Shown piece after piece: positions 50,201 to 60,000 of a DNA stretch of 64,000 nt. Every line of letters starts with the position of its first letter. Position 1 is the first letter of the stretch. The stretch is taken from contig OY769902.1 of NCBI GenBank assembly GCA_963669175.1, positions 992,001 through 1,056,000 of the forward strand, read 5' to 3'. The position numbers and the translations under genes were made by a program. The notes under the pieces were generated by a model. The model saw nothing but the letters and a program-made list of their open reading frames with translations. It was not told the DNA's origin and searched no databases. The stretch is from a bacterium. Its GTDB lineage: Bacteria > Electryoneota > Electryoneia > Electryoneales > Electryoneaceae.

Positions 50201-51157
50201 CCGGTGACTGATTTCGAAGGGGAAGCGCTGGTTACCGTATATGATAGTTACGATACCTTCACCTATACCTATTTTGACGATTCAGAATTAGACTACCGCA
50301 TGCCCGGCGGCATCATGTTCCGTGGCAATGTTGGGGTTTATGAAGGTGATTTTAATGCACGTTTTGTGGTTCCCAAAGATGTGAATTACGGATCGACGGA
50401 TGGCTGGGTGGTTCTGTACGGCACCGGCAACGAAAAGGATGCGATTGGTTCGAAAGAGGGAATACACATTTCCTCGACATTCCCTGAGCCGAGTGATATT
50501 ACGGACCATACACCGCCGGAAATTGCCATCTTTTTCAATCATCGTGGCTGGCAGGAAGGTGACCTGACCGATATTCAGCCGACATTGCTGATCGACCTGG
50601 TTGACAGCAGCGGGATCAACCTGACCGGTGAAATCGGGCATGATATCAAGGTTACGGTTGATCCGGGAACATCCTCAGAACAGGCAATCGTGTTGAACGA
50701 AGACTTTATCTATGAACGTGACAGTTACACCGCGGGCACAGCCGAGCGCTTGATCACGGGGCTTGAGCCGGGACCGCATGAACTGGAAGTGCGGGCTTGG
50801 GATAATGCCAACAACATGGCCCTGGAGAGGATACAGTTTGTTACGGCTGATTCGGATGGTGATCTGATCCTTCGCAATGTGTTTAATGTACCCAATCCAT
50901 TCAAGGATCAGACTCATTTTACCTTTGAAACAATACGGGCCGATGAAGTGACGATTCGAGTCTATACGCCAAGCGGTCGCCATATAAAGACCATTGGTCC
51001 TGTAAGTGTTCGGGATAACTTCAATTATATCGAATGGGATGGCCGTGACCATTACGGCGATGATATTGCTAATGGTGTGTATCTCTATACGGTCAAAGTC
51101 AGCAATTCATCCGGCCAAAGTGAAGAGGCTGTTGGTAAACTGCTGAGGATTCGTTAA
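47285..51157 (+). CDS. porU: T9SS sortase PorU (peptidase C25, clan CD) with C-terminal FlgD-like domain
   Basis: IYNEFSWG..DPTAIRDF, LLIGDGDYDYRN, GRLP; catalytic YMGHG (49718) and ATC (49826); AWDNANN; NVPNPF; directly upstream of porV. Confidence 0.92.
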   Translation: MMKRHFAILFLVMTSLVLLAGPLSAKVTVLEDTPSYLELQVIPEGWMIIEAEDGIIPMPFGAGLDERAGGQATPYYRRLIGLPSGKLPQAQLTQVTWGELVDGVLPVGQEVEGNDRVPHLSPDRMIQFGAPYMWRNQWVTDIYIVPVSRQGKQLRKLESATIRIAYPEAQAGLVRKTDPMSSQFLVNPVAAQNWQHRKSGRSAFSFEDLWPSGEMFKIEISQEGIYSLTRADLESAGIDLSGFDPRTFRIFGNGGFMLPEDVSADRDEELIENAILVVGEDDGSWDEGDEILFFARGVNSWEPSTSLPGTYKHVQNLYTRNNVYWLNVPDDGSMGKRMDPLGEGLTRTFVAEWATSRVYMDNDAFVFYSDKTPESGKSWYAADLYAGGQYNSSFQLDSPIVDQEAQIKVGYKKVYVTGESDYDAVILVNGVAVDTVDTSVSNRTLTVPANVLRNGSNSFTFRMLSGRALFDYFELAYIRSLETSQTKLEFDALQDDGVAEIDIEGLTNPWIFNIEDFDNVSVTRTLPFKIETSYANPHRVLAISDGSFLSPSSIQSFYRGWGEYPDGLRQDGISADAIFIVHPDFAEAAAELESYVEERDDIQAVRVRTTDIYNEFSWGLFDPTAIRDFLEFAKDNWSGTGSSGPTVCLLIGDGDYDYRNVVSSNDKNWVPPYETGIQCRDDWFATFTLDGDAEYIMGRLPFQKVSEVENYTERLITYENDVNRGPWRSKVIMVADDEYIDVGPTTTDKQHMAYSEELANTHIPDYMQIEKIYIGPYPTEFDPTTGARTKPGASQDLIETINRGALLINYMGHGNAHVWAHENLLLDSRDVSNINSGLREPIYVAATCSWGYFDRPDNEACFEQLLAKSGGAIGVMAASRNTSGYGNNNMVKMFYQLFFDREEPRSLGECLYLAKIETSGATNKYYHCFADPLMMPAVPRLDLTVEEILPDSLISMQVADINGCVHALNGTVPVTDFEGEALVTVYDSYDTFTYTYFDDSELDYRMPGGIMFRGNVGVYEGDFNARFVVPKDVNYGSTDGWVVLYGTGNEKDAIGSKEGIHISSTFPEPSDITDHTPPEIAIFFNHRGWQEGDLTDIQPTLLIDLVDSSGINLTGEIGHDIKVTVDPGTSSEQAIVLNEDFIYERDSYTAGTAERLITGLEPGPHELEVRAWDNANNMALERIQFVTADSDGDLILRNVFNVPNPFKDQTHFTFETIRADEVTIRVYTPSGRHIKTIGPVSVRDNFNYIEWDGRDHYGDDIANGVYLYTVKVSNSSGQSEEAVGKLLRIR

Positions 51158-51380
51158 CTTGTAAGATTAGCGCTTTTCTGAATATTGTCCGGGAATAGCC
51201 GATATAGTCAGAAAAGCAGTATTTATTTTGAGTCTTTGGGATAGAGGTTAGTAGATTGACGTCGGTCAACTCGGACGGCATGTTTGGCTGATAACTTGAG
51301 TTCCAGATAGTTGTTGGAATATAGCTTCGAGGGTGTACGTACGGAGCGGCGCAAACAGAGTGGCAAGCAGGGATAAAAAG

Positions 51381-52454
51381 ATGATGCATTTGAGTGGTGA
51401 CCAGCGGATCGGCATCCGCATGATGACTTGGATAATTGCGGCTGGTATACTGGTCTTGCCGGTGGCAGTGGAAGCGGCCTCGGTGTCTCAGGCGGGTGTA
51501 TTGTTCCTGAAGATTAATCCAGGCGCTCGACCGGGTGGTATGGGTGAAGCTTTCACAGCGATTGCGGATGATGCAACTGCGACGTACTGGAATCCTGCAG
51601 GTCTCGCTTGGCAGGATCAAAACGAGTTGACCCTGATGCACGTGAACTGGTTGCCTCAGTTCAAGCTGTCCGACTTGTATTACGACTACATCAGCTATGT
51701 TCATCCGGTAGAAGAATGGGGCACCTTCGGTGGGAACATTGTGTTCCTGAACCTGGGTGAAACAGAACGCCGTGACGAAAACAACCAGTACCAGGGTACG
51801 TTCTCGTCTTATGAATTCGCCGCGACCGGCAGTTATGGTGCGACGATGACGGAAAACATGGCCCTTGGTGTCAACTGCCGTTTCATTTACAGTCACCTGT
51901 CAGACCGAGGCGCCGGAAACGAACTGGGTTCGGGTGTTGCGACATCTATCGGTGTTGACCTTGGCTGGTTGTGGCATACGCCGCTGGAAAAACTGGATGT
52001 GGGCGCCAATTTGTCCAACATGGGTCCGAAAGTGGCCTATATCGACCGCGCCCAGGCTGACCCGCTTCCGACAAACCTGTCGTTGGGTGTTGCCTATCAT
52101 ATCGTTGATTCACCTTACAACAAAGTGACGTTGGTAGGTGACCTGAACAAGGAATTGGTCCGCCGTTATGATGATGGCGATTCAGATCCTTTCTATATCG
52201 CCATGTTCTCGGCCTGGTCGGATGGTCCTTTCTGGACGACCATGATTTACAATGTGGGCGCTGAGTACTGGTATACCGACCTGATCGCTTTGCGCGTCGG
52301 GTACTGGAACGATGAACTCGGGAAAGTAAAACCCCTAACCTTTGGAGCCAGCCTGCAATATTCGCTCTACCGTTTTGACTTCTCGTACGTCTCGGCCGGT
52401 GAAGGTCATCCGCTGACGGATACCATGCGGTTCAGTCTGTCAATCGGATTCTAA
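51381..52454 (+). CDS. porV: T9SS outer-membrane shuttle PorV family beta-barrel (start uncertain, 51333-51420)
   Basis: FLKINPGARPGGMGEAFTAIADDATATYWNPAGL; PLPTNL; C-terminal HPLTDTMRFSLSIGF. Confidence 0.9.
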   Translation: MMHLSGDQRIGIRMMTWIIAAGILVLPVAVEAASVSQAGVLFLKINPGARPGGMGEAFTAIADDATATYWNPAGLAWQDQNELTLMHVNWLPQFKLSDLYYDYISYVHPVEEWGTFGGNIVFLNLGETERRDENNQYQGTFSSYEFAATGSYGATMTENMALGVNCRFIYSHLSDRGAGNELGSGVATSIGVDLGWLWHTPLEKLDVGANLSNMGPKVAYIDRAQADPLPTNLSLGVAYHIVDSPYNKVTLVGDLNKELVRRYDDGDSDPFYIAMFSAWSDGPFWTTMIYNVGAEYWYTDLIALRVGYWNDELGKVKPLTFGASLQYSLYRFDFSYVSAGEGHPLTDTMRFSLSIGF

Positions 52455-52481
52455 GAGACAAATTGCTGAGGCTAGCAGGCC

Positions 52482-55400
52482 GTGAAATCGATTAAAAAAC
52501 ATTTGCAGGGCATCTTGCTGGTGACCCTGGGGGTTGCCTTGTACCTGTCCGGAACAGTTCAGGCAGCGCAACCAGGCGCACCATTACGCTTTACTCCCAC
52601 GTCAACCCTGGGAGAACAAAGCCGTCATCTCGCAGGAAGCGAACTGGATGATATCCGTCATCCCGGATTGCCGAACACGTTACGTGTGCTGGCCATTCGA
52701 GTGGATTTTCAGTCTGACACGCTGTCAACGACGACTGGCGACGGTTCCTTCTTCTACGAGCTGCCGGATACGGTGGATGCCGAAGACTGGCTGATCGATC
52801 CACCACCGCACGACAAAGCGTATTTTGAAGATCAGTTCCTCGGACTGAAGAATTATTACGAACGCTTCAGCCATGGGGAATTGACCATTGTCGGTGATAT
52901 CTATCCCGCGGCAAATCAAGCGGCCTACCGGATGCCGTATCCTATCTGGCACATCAACTACGGTGACACTACCGAAGCCGGATTTGAACGTCTGAACCAG
53001 ACATTGACTCAACTCTTCATCGATTCCTGGCAGGCCGCAGACAGCGATCTGGTAGCTGCGGGAGTCGATTACAGTCAGTACGACTATTTTGTGATATTCC
53101 ATGCCGGTGCAGGCAACGAGTTTGACACGGGCTACGATACCACGCCGCATGATATCCCTTCAGTCTACATCGGCCCCCAGGACTTGCTGGAATACTCAGA
53201 CTATCCCAATGGGGTAGAGCTTGGTAACAGCTTCATACTGGACCGTGGTGTTATCCTGCCCGAAATGCAGCGTCAGGGCGATGTAGAAGTCGGTCTCCTT
53301 GGCACAATTTGCGCACAGGTCGGTTTCCTGATGGGAATGCCGCACCTGTACCAGGCTGAAACAGGTGACCCTGGCATCGGGCTGTTCGGGCTGATGGATC
53401 GAGGTTTTGGTGGCTTTTTCGGCATTATTCCCTCCCCGCCCAGCGCGTGGATGCGCTATTATATGGGCTGGGAAGACGCGGTTGAAATTACAGATGGACC
53501 GATCCGGCTTGGCGTTCTCCAACTTCCGGATTCCGTATTCCACGACAGCTTGCATCGACTGGTAAAAGTTCCACTTAACGACAACGAATACTATCTGCTT
53601 GAAGCGCGCCGACGTGATCCGCAGGAAGAAGGCCAGGTGTGGTATGACAGCACCTACGCGCTCGATGCTCCGGATGCGAATGGAAACCAGGACACGCTGG
53701 TTCTTCGCTACGATTACAGCTTTGATCTGCTGCATGAAGGAACGGATTTTGGAGTGCCTGTCTGGATTGAGGACCAGGACTTTGACCTTCCCGCCAGTGG
53801 TATCCTGATCTGGCATATTGATGAGCGCCTGATTCGTGCCGGGCTGGCAGATGATCGTATACAGACCAGCAAAGAACAGCGCGGGGTTAAACTGATCGAA
53901 GCGGATGGCAGTTGGGATATCGGTGAAGAGTACGCTTTCCTGACGGCAGGTGACGGTAGCGAATACGGCGTCATTGATGATGCTTTCTTTGCGGACAACG
54001 AAATCTGGCCTGAAGCAAACCCGGGCATGGGACACGATATTTTCTTTGGCAGTGAAACCGCCCCGGCAACAGTAACAAGCGATGGGCTACAAACTCATAT
54101 TCTTTTCGACAACTTCTCCAACATCGCCGATACCATGCGTTGCCGTGTAGGTAACGAGTGGAAGCAGGGCGATTTCCCGACATTTTTACCGTTCCCATAT
54201 CCAAACAATTATCCTGTGCGAGCTGTGCCATGCGATGTGGATGGTGATGGTATAAACGAGATCTTCTTCGGATACGGTGAAGGTGAAGCGTATGTATTTG
54301 ACGGAGAAGGCACTCAACTATATCATGCCCAGCTTTCAGATCCGGAATTTGTGCATGCCTGGCCGGTAGCGGACTTGAATGGTGATGGCAGGGATGAAGT
54401 TGTAGCGGTTGGGATAGACTATGTGACAATCCTGACCTTCGAAAGCGATGGAACAGTCAGCCTGTCAGGGCGAGCACTTGCTAATATGCCTGACAGTCCG
54501 GCAACAGACCTGGTCCGGAATGCGATGATTGTCGGTCCCGAGTCTGATCCGCACCTTGTATTCCGCTGTATGGATGAAGGCGGTGTTCTCGGGTTGATCT
54601 CATTGTCTCTGCTGAATACCACGGCCGATCCAGCAACATTCTGGCTGACTGATATTGAAAATGCGAACTATGCTTCAACCTTTGCTGTTCAGGTTGGCAG
54701 CGCCTCTTCGGATACGGTTGCCTATGTAACTAGTGACGGCACTTTGTACGTGCTGACGGCAGATCAACTGCATCTTGTATCCGATGTTGACGGCTTCGCT
54801 ACGCATGCTGAAGTAATTGGGTCAGTTGTCAGCGCTGATTTTGACGGAGATGGTGTCGCAGACATCGCGGCAACAATCGGTACACAGATGGTGTACTGGT
54901 TTGGGTCGGAACAGTACAGTTACGCCAATGTGTATGATCTTGGCGGTTTTTATCTTGGGATGATACCGCTGGATATCGACCATGATGGTCTGGTTGAATT
55001 TACAGGCTTATCACTAACAAGCAGAAAGATCGAGGGATTTGAACCCACAGGCATTCTTTCTGAAGGGGCCGGACTGCAAATCAGCAACAAGCAGAGCATA
55101 TTGAGCCGGGCCGATTTCTACTGGATGGATGGATCGTCGCGAGGTGACAACGAGCTGTTGACATCATTTTCGACGCAGGATTTGTCCAGTACCCTGTGGA
55201 AAGAAACTATTGATGCGTTCACGATGAATAACAGCAGAGAACGGCTTGGATTTCCTCTACAATCTGTGTATGGACCACAAGTATATGGCGGGACAAAACT
55301 GATCCTGACACAACTCGACCAAGATGATAATCCGGAGTTGGTTCTGTATGGTGAGGCGTCCAACCGGATTCAGGTTTTCAACCTCCCGATCTCATCCGGA

Positions 55401-55763
55401 CAACCTCCTATCATTCACTGGGGCATGGAGGGCGGCAATGCCCAGGGCACCTATTCATTGCGAACAACACCGGCCGGAGGCTCATCAAGGACTGGCCTGG
55501 ATGCTTCCGCCTACTGCTGGCCGAACCCGGTTCTGAATGGCGATGATGCCCATTTCCGTTTCAGGGCAAAATCTGGTGGCACCGCTTCGGTTCGTGTTTT
55601 TGATATGGTTGGCCGTGAAATGATGTACAAAGAACAGGGCATTGAAGCCGGTTTGGACGAAGAAATCGTTCTTTCGACCCGTGATCTTGCTTCGGGTGTC
55701 TACGCTGCACGGTTGGAGGCTGGCGGGGAATACAAAATTATTCGGTTTGCGGTGGTGAAATGA
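52482..55763 (+). CDS. M6/immune-inhibitor-A-like protein lacking the HExxH motif, with FG-GAP repeats and T9SS-like C-terminal domain
   Basis: LAIRVDF, VIFHAG, NEYYLLE, GILIWHIDE and GVKLIEADG are M6-type motifs. The zinc site reads ICAQVGFLMGMPHLY. DxDGDG loops and CWPNPV..ASGVY follow. Confidence 0.8.
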   Translation: MKSIKKHLQGILLVTLGVALYLSGTVQAAQPGAPLRFTPTSTLGEQSRHLAGSELDDIRHPGLPNTLRVLAIRVDFQSDTLSTTTGDGSFFYELPDTVDAEDWLIDPPPHDKAYFEDQFLGLKNYYERFSHGELTIVGDIYPAANQAAYRMPYPIWHINYGDTTEAGFERLNQTLTQLFIDSWQAADSDLVAAGVDYSQYDYFVIFHAGAGNEFDTGYDTTPHDIPSVYIGPQDLLEYSDYPNGVELGNSFILDRGVILPEMQRQGDVEVGLLGTICAQVGFLMGMPHLYQAETGDPGIGLFGLMDRGFGGFFGIIPSPPSAWMRYYMGWEDAVEITDGPIRLGVLQLPDSVFHDSLHRLVKVPLNDNEYYLLEARRRDPQEEGQVWYDSTYALDAPDANGNQDTLVLRYDYSFDLLHEGTDFGVPVWIEDQDFDLPASGILIWHIDERLIRAGLADDRIQTSKEQRGVKLIEADGSWDIGEEYAFLTAGDGSEYGVIDDAFFADNEIWPEANPGMGHDIFFGSETAPATVTSDGLQTHILFDNFSNIADTMRCRVGNEWKQGDFPTFLPFPYPNNYPVRAVPCDVDGDGINEIFFGYGEGEAYVFDGEGTQLYHAQLSDPEFVHAWPVADLNGDGRDEVVAVGIDYVTILTFESDGTVSLSGRALANMPDSPATDLVRNAMIVGPESDPHLVFRCMDEGGVLGLISLSLLNTTADPATFWLTDIENANYASTFAVQVGSASSDTVAYVTSDGTLYVLTADQLHLVSDVDGFATHAEVIGSVVSADFDGDGVADIAATIGTQMVYWFGSEQYSYANVYDLGGFYLGMIPLDIDHDGLVEFTGLSLTSRKIEGFEPTGILSEGAGLQISNKQSILSRADFYWMDGSSRGDNELLTSFSTQDLSSTLWKETIDAFTMNNSRERLGFPLQSVYGPQVYGGTKLILTQLDQDDNPELVLYGEASNRIQVFNLPISSGQPPIIHWGMEGGNAQGTYSLRTTPAGGSSRTGLDASAYCWPNPVLNGDDAHFRFRAKSGGTASVRVFDMVGREMMYKEQGIEAGLDEEIVLSTRDLASGVYAARLEAGGEYKIIRFAVVK

Positions 55764-56989
55764 CCGAGGAGGAGAAACAACAAGAGGACGAAAAAAAACG
55801 AACGGGTATTACCCCTTATCTGATCAATTTTTCTGTTTTGCTGGTTTCTCTTTTGTTCATGGTTCTTTTCACAGAGGTGATATTCAGGCTGTTTTTCCCG
55901 CAGCCAGTCGTCAGGTCACGTGAGGGGATGTATGTTCCCTGTAGTATTCTGGGACACAAACATGCATCAGATTATAATGAAGAGTTGTTGTCTGCGGAGG
56001 ATGGTCGTCCCATCATTTTCAAGACTGATGACCGGGGAGATCGAATCAACCCTGACCCTGCGGTAGAAACGCCATTGGATGAGTCTAAGATTCAGTTACT
56101 GTTTATAGGCGACTCTTTCCTTGAAGCCGTCAGTTGCGAGGATGAGTTCATTGTAGATGCGTGTCTGGGGCAAATGCTGGAAGAAGCGTTACCTGCGGAC
56201 GAGAAGGTGTACACAGAAAACACGGGTGTCGCAGAGTATAGTCCCAAACATTACTATCTTGTAGCGAAACAACGCTTATCAGAACAGAAATATTCTGCAG
56301 CCGTAGTAATGTTCTTTATCGGAAATGATTTTATTGGCAAGTTTGATAAAAACAAGAACGAATCATATGTCCCGGAGATTAAACATAAGTTTAAACTCCC
56401 TTTGACACTTAAAAAGGATGTGTGGATTAAACATGTATTGTACCCTATGAATGACTGTTTGGAGCAAAGATCACATCTTTTTGTATTCTTTAAAAACAGG
56501 CTACAAATATTATTTGCAAGGATGGGTTTGACAGCCTATTATATTCCGGAAATATTTTTTGTTGATCATGACAAAGATAAATTAATAAACAGTACAGCAG
56601 AAGCCATCATTGAAATAAACGATTTATTTAAGCAATATGATACGCCTGTAATTTTCGTTGTTATACCCAAAAATTTTCAAATATATGCGGATGATTGGGA
56701 AAAATATACACAGATGTTTGACATTCCTGATGGAGCAACCGATCTCGACTTGCCGAATCGGTTGATTCGAGACAGGTTGGCCGATCAGGATATTGTCTGG
56801 CTGGACCCAATGGATTTATTCAGAGAGCTTGCTGAAACGGACACAGAACTATTGTATGGAAAGGTAGATAGTCATCTTTCACCAGAAGGTCACAGAGTAT
56901 TGGCTGAATTTCTTTATCCTGAGATGGTGAAAGTGTTGGAATTGGAACCCAAACAGAAGATAGATGCTGGGGATAAACGTACTAACTAA
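55760..56989 (+). CDS. Membrane-anchored SGNH hydrolase/acyltransferase-like protein (AlgJ/AlgX-like)
   Basis: N-terminal TM helix; FIGDSF (Ser), NTGV, FIGND and DSHLSPEGH (Asp-x-His). Confidence 0.8.
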   Translation: MTEEEKQQEDEKKRTGITPYLINFSVLLVSLLFMVLFTEVIFRLFFPQPVVRSREGMYVPCSILGHKHASDYNEELLSAEDGRPIIFKTDDRGDRINPDPAVETPLDESKIQLLFIGDSFLEAVSCEDEFIVDACLGQMLEEALPADEKVYTENTGVAEYSPKHYYLVAKQRLSEQKYSAAVVMFFIGNDFIGKFDKNKNESYVPEIKHKFKLPLTLKKDVWIKHVLYPMNDCLEQRSHLFVFFKNRLQILFARMGLTAYYIPEIFFVDHDKDKLINSTAEAIIEINDLFKQYDTPVIFVVIPKNFQIYADDWEKYTQMFDIPDGATDLDLPNRLIRDRLADQDIVWLDPMDLFRELAETDTELLYGKVDSHLSPEGHRVLAEFLYPEMVKVLELEPKQKIDAGDKRTN

Positions 56990-57003
56990 GTTGTGGAAGA
57001 ATC

Positions 57004-60000
57004 TTGCAGCTACATACGTCGAAAAAGAAACTTGCCTACCTCGTTGTCAGTAGCATCCTGCTGATGGCGACATGCGGTTTCGCGCAACCATATGACGCCA
57101 ACCATCCTGAGCTGGTATGGCATACGTTTGAAACGGAGCATTTCGTTTTCACGTATCATGACGGCGCGGAACGAACGGCCAATACGATTGCAAAGATTGC
57201 CGAAGAAATCTACGGACCGATCACGACCCTCTATGAATATGAACCGGACACAAAGATTCAGTATGTAGTAAAGGATACCGACGATTACGCCAACGGCGGC
57301 GCTTATTATTACAACAACAAGATTGTTATCTGGGCGACTGCATTGGACTATGACCTGCGCGGCAGCGTGAACTGGTTGCGGAATGTGGTTACCCACGAAT
57401 TCACTCACATGATTCAGCTCGGCGCGTCACGCAAGTTGCCACGCGCCATACCGGCGGTGTATGTACAGGTGCTGGGCTACGAAGAAGAGAAACGTCCGGA
57501 TGTGCTCTATGGCTATCCTAACGTGCTCGCTTCTTATCCCTTTGCCATGACAACGATTCCCATGTGGTTTGCCGAGGGAACTGCGCAGTCCAATCTGGCT
57601 CAATTCGATTATGACTACTGGGACAGCCACCGTGACATGCAACTGCGCGTACGCACTCTGAACGATTCCCTGCTTTCCATGAATGATATGGAGGTCTTCG
57701 GCAAGAACAGCCTGGGCAACGAGTCAACCTACAATCACGGTTACGGATTGGTACTGTATATCCGAAATACCTATGGTGAAGAGGCTTTGCGTCACCTGAG
57801 CGAGGAAATGACCAAGCTGAATCACCTGACATTCGACTCTGCTATCAAGGCTGCGCTGGGGATCAGCAGCGATCAGTTGTACGAGGACTGGACTTCAGCG
57901 ATGCGGGAAGACTATGGATCCCGCACGGCTATCATTCGGGACAACATCGTAGAAGGTGAACTTTTCGCCCGCGAAGGCTATGGCAACCTGTTCCCCGTAT
58001 GGAGCAAGCCGGATGGTGAAAAGATTTATTATTCTTCCAATGAAGGCAACGACTACCTGGGGCAACGCTCGTTGCTGGTGAAAGATGTCGAAGAGGGAGA
58101 GTCGGAAGTTGTCATTCCGTATGTAGGCACTCCCTTTGATATGACTTCCGATGGCCGCTGGCTGGTCTATTCTCAGTTAAAGCTTCAGTCTAACGAGAGC
58201 AACTATGCCGATGTTTTCCTGTTTGATGTTCAGGAAAAGAAAAATATCAGGCTCACCAGGGCCGCACGTGCGATAGAGCCGTCCTTCCTTCCTGACGAGA
58301 GCGCAGTTGTATTTGTCCTGAACGCGGATGGCACCAAGGACTTGGCACGCATAGACCTTCCTCCCCGTGAGGAATGGAGCGACATTGAACCGATGGTCGC
58401 GGACAGTATCCATCGGTTGACAGATTCACGAGATGGCTCTCAGGTGTGGCGACCATCTGCATCACCGGATGGTGAATGGGTGGTGTATTCATGGAATCGT
58501 GGTATCGGCCGTGATATTCGCCTGATTCGTCCTGACGGCAGCGAGATGCGTACACTGCTTGGCGGTCCGGGTGGACAACGTGATCCGGTATGGAGCGTGG
58601 ACGGCAAATGGCTGTACTATTCATCCGATATCACCGGCATTTTCAACCTGTATCGTTATAACCTGGAAACGGAACAGTCGGAACCCATCACCAATGTCTT
58701 GGGCGGGGCGTTCATGCCCAATGTGAACAAGGACGGTGATATTGTTTATGTGGAATACACGGAATACGGTTTCGAACTTCGTATCCTGGATGATCCGCAG
58801 CCGGTCGATCCGGAAGTAATGGTGTATAATTCGGATTTCCTGGAGAATCTGCCCAGGGTTGACTATGATGACACCAATATCGGGTTCGCTGCGACAAAAA
58901 TGTATAAACCAGTTTTTGAATCCATGTTCCTGGTGCCACGCATCGGTTTTGATTATGGCAAGTTCAAACCGGGTATCTATGCCTTCAGCAATGACGTCCT
59001 GGAACGGCTTTCCATGATGGGTGGTTTCGCCATGAATACAGATGGGGAATTTGACGCGTTCGGGTTGTTTGATTTCCGTGCGTTGCGTCCAACCCTGTTC
59101 CTTGAAGGTTATTACATGAAGAGGGTCTATTCGGATGAGTTTGAAGATCCCTATGTTATCAAGGGATCAAAAATCGTTGACGGTGAACTGGTTCCGATTT
59201 ATGATCAGTATGGCGTTGATTATACTTTCCACCTGATGGAGGTGGATGGCGGCGCGAAGCTGAAACTTTCGGAACCGGTCGACCTTGAGCTTCGCGCGGT
59301 ATGGAGCCGGTACCAGGCTTTCCTTAACTATGAAGATCTAACCAGCCTGCATTATACCTATTTCATAGGACGCTATCTGCAAACCCGTATGGATTTCAAT
59401 TACACGGAACCGATGGTTCGTGGCAATGTGCATCCTCACAAGGGTATTGTCGGACAATTGACCGCAGCATATGAAGATAACGATTTCATCGAAGGCTTCG
59501 AGATCAATCAGGATAAATATACCCTGCAGGAAGTGTTTACTCCGTATCGTTATCTCCGTTTTGAAGGGGATATCACAGGGTGGTGGAATCCCTTCGGGGA
59601 AGTAGTGGTGCAACCGCGTTTGCGTGGCGGTTACCTTGATCACGAGGTTGATCCTTTCATGTATTTGTACGCCGGTGGCTTGCACGGCATGAAGGGGTAC
59701 AGCTACTATTCTCTTGGCGGGAATCGGAAGATTATCGGCAGTTTGGCTTTGCGTCATCCCCTAATTACAGCGCCTCGCCCCCGCTTGGGCTGGTTCCATT
59801 TCGATGGCTTGTATGGCGGTGTATTTTATGAAGCGGGCGATGCCTGGGTGAATAGGGATTTCTCGTTTGACCGTCTTGCCCGGACTGTGGGCATGGAGTT
59901 ACGTACAAAACTGTATTCGTGGTATGGCTATCCGACAGCGGTGACTTTCAGCGCTGCGAGAGGCCTCGACCACATAACACATACAGAAAACAATACCACG

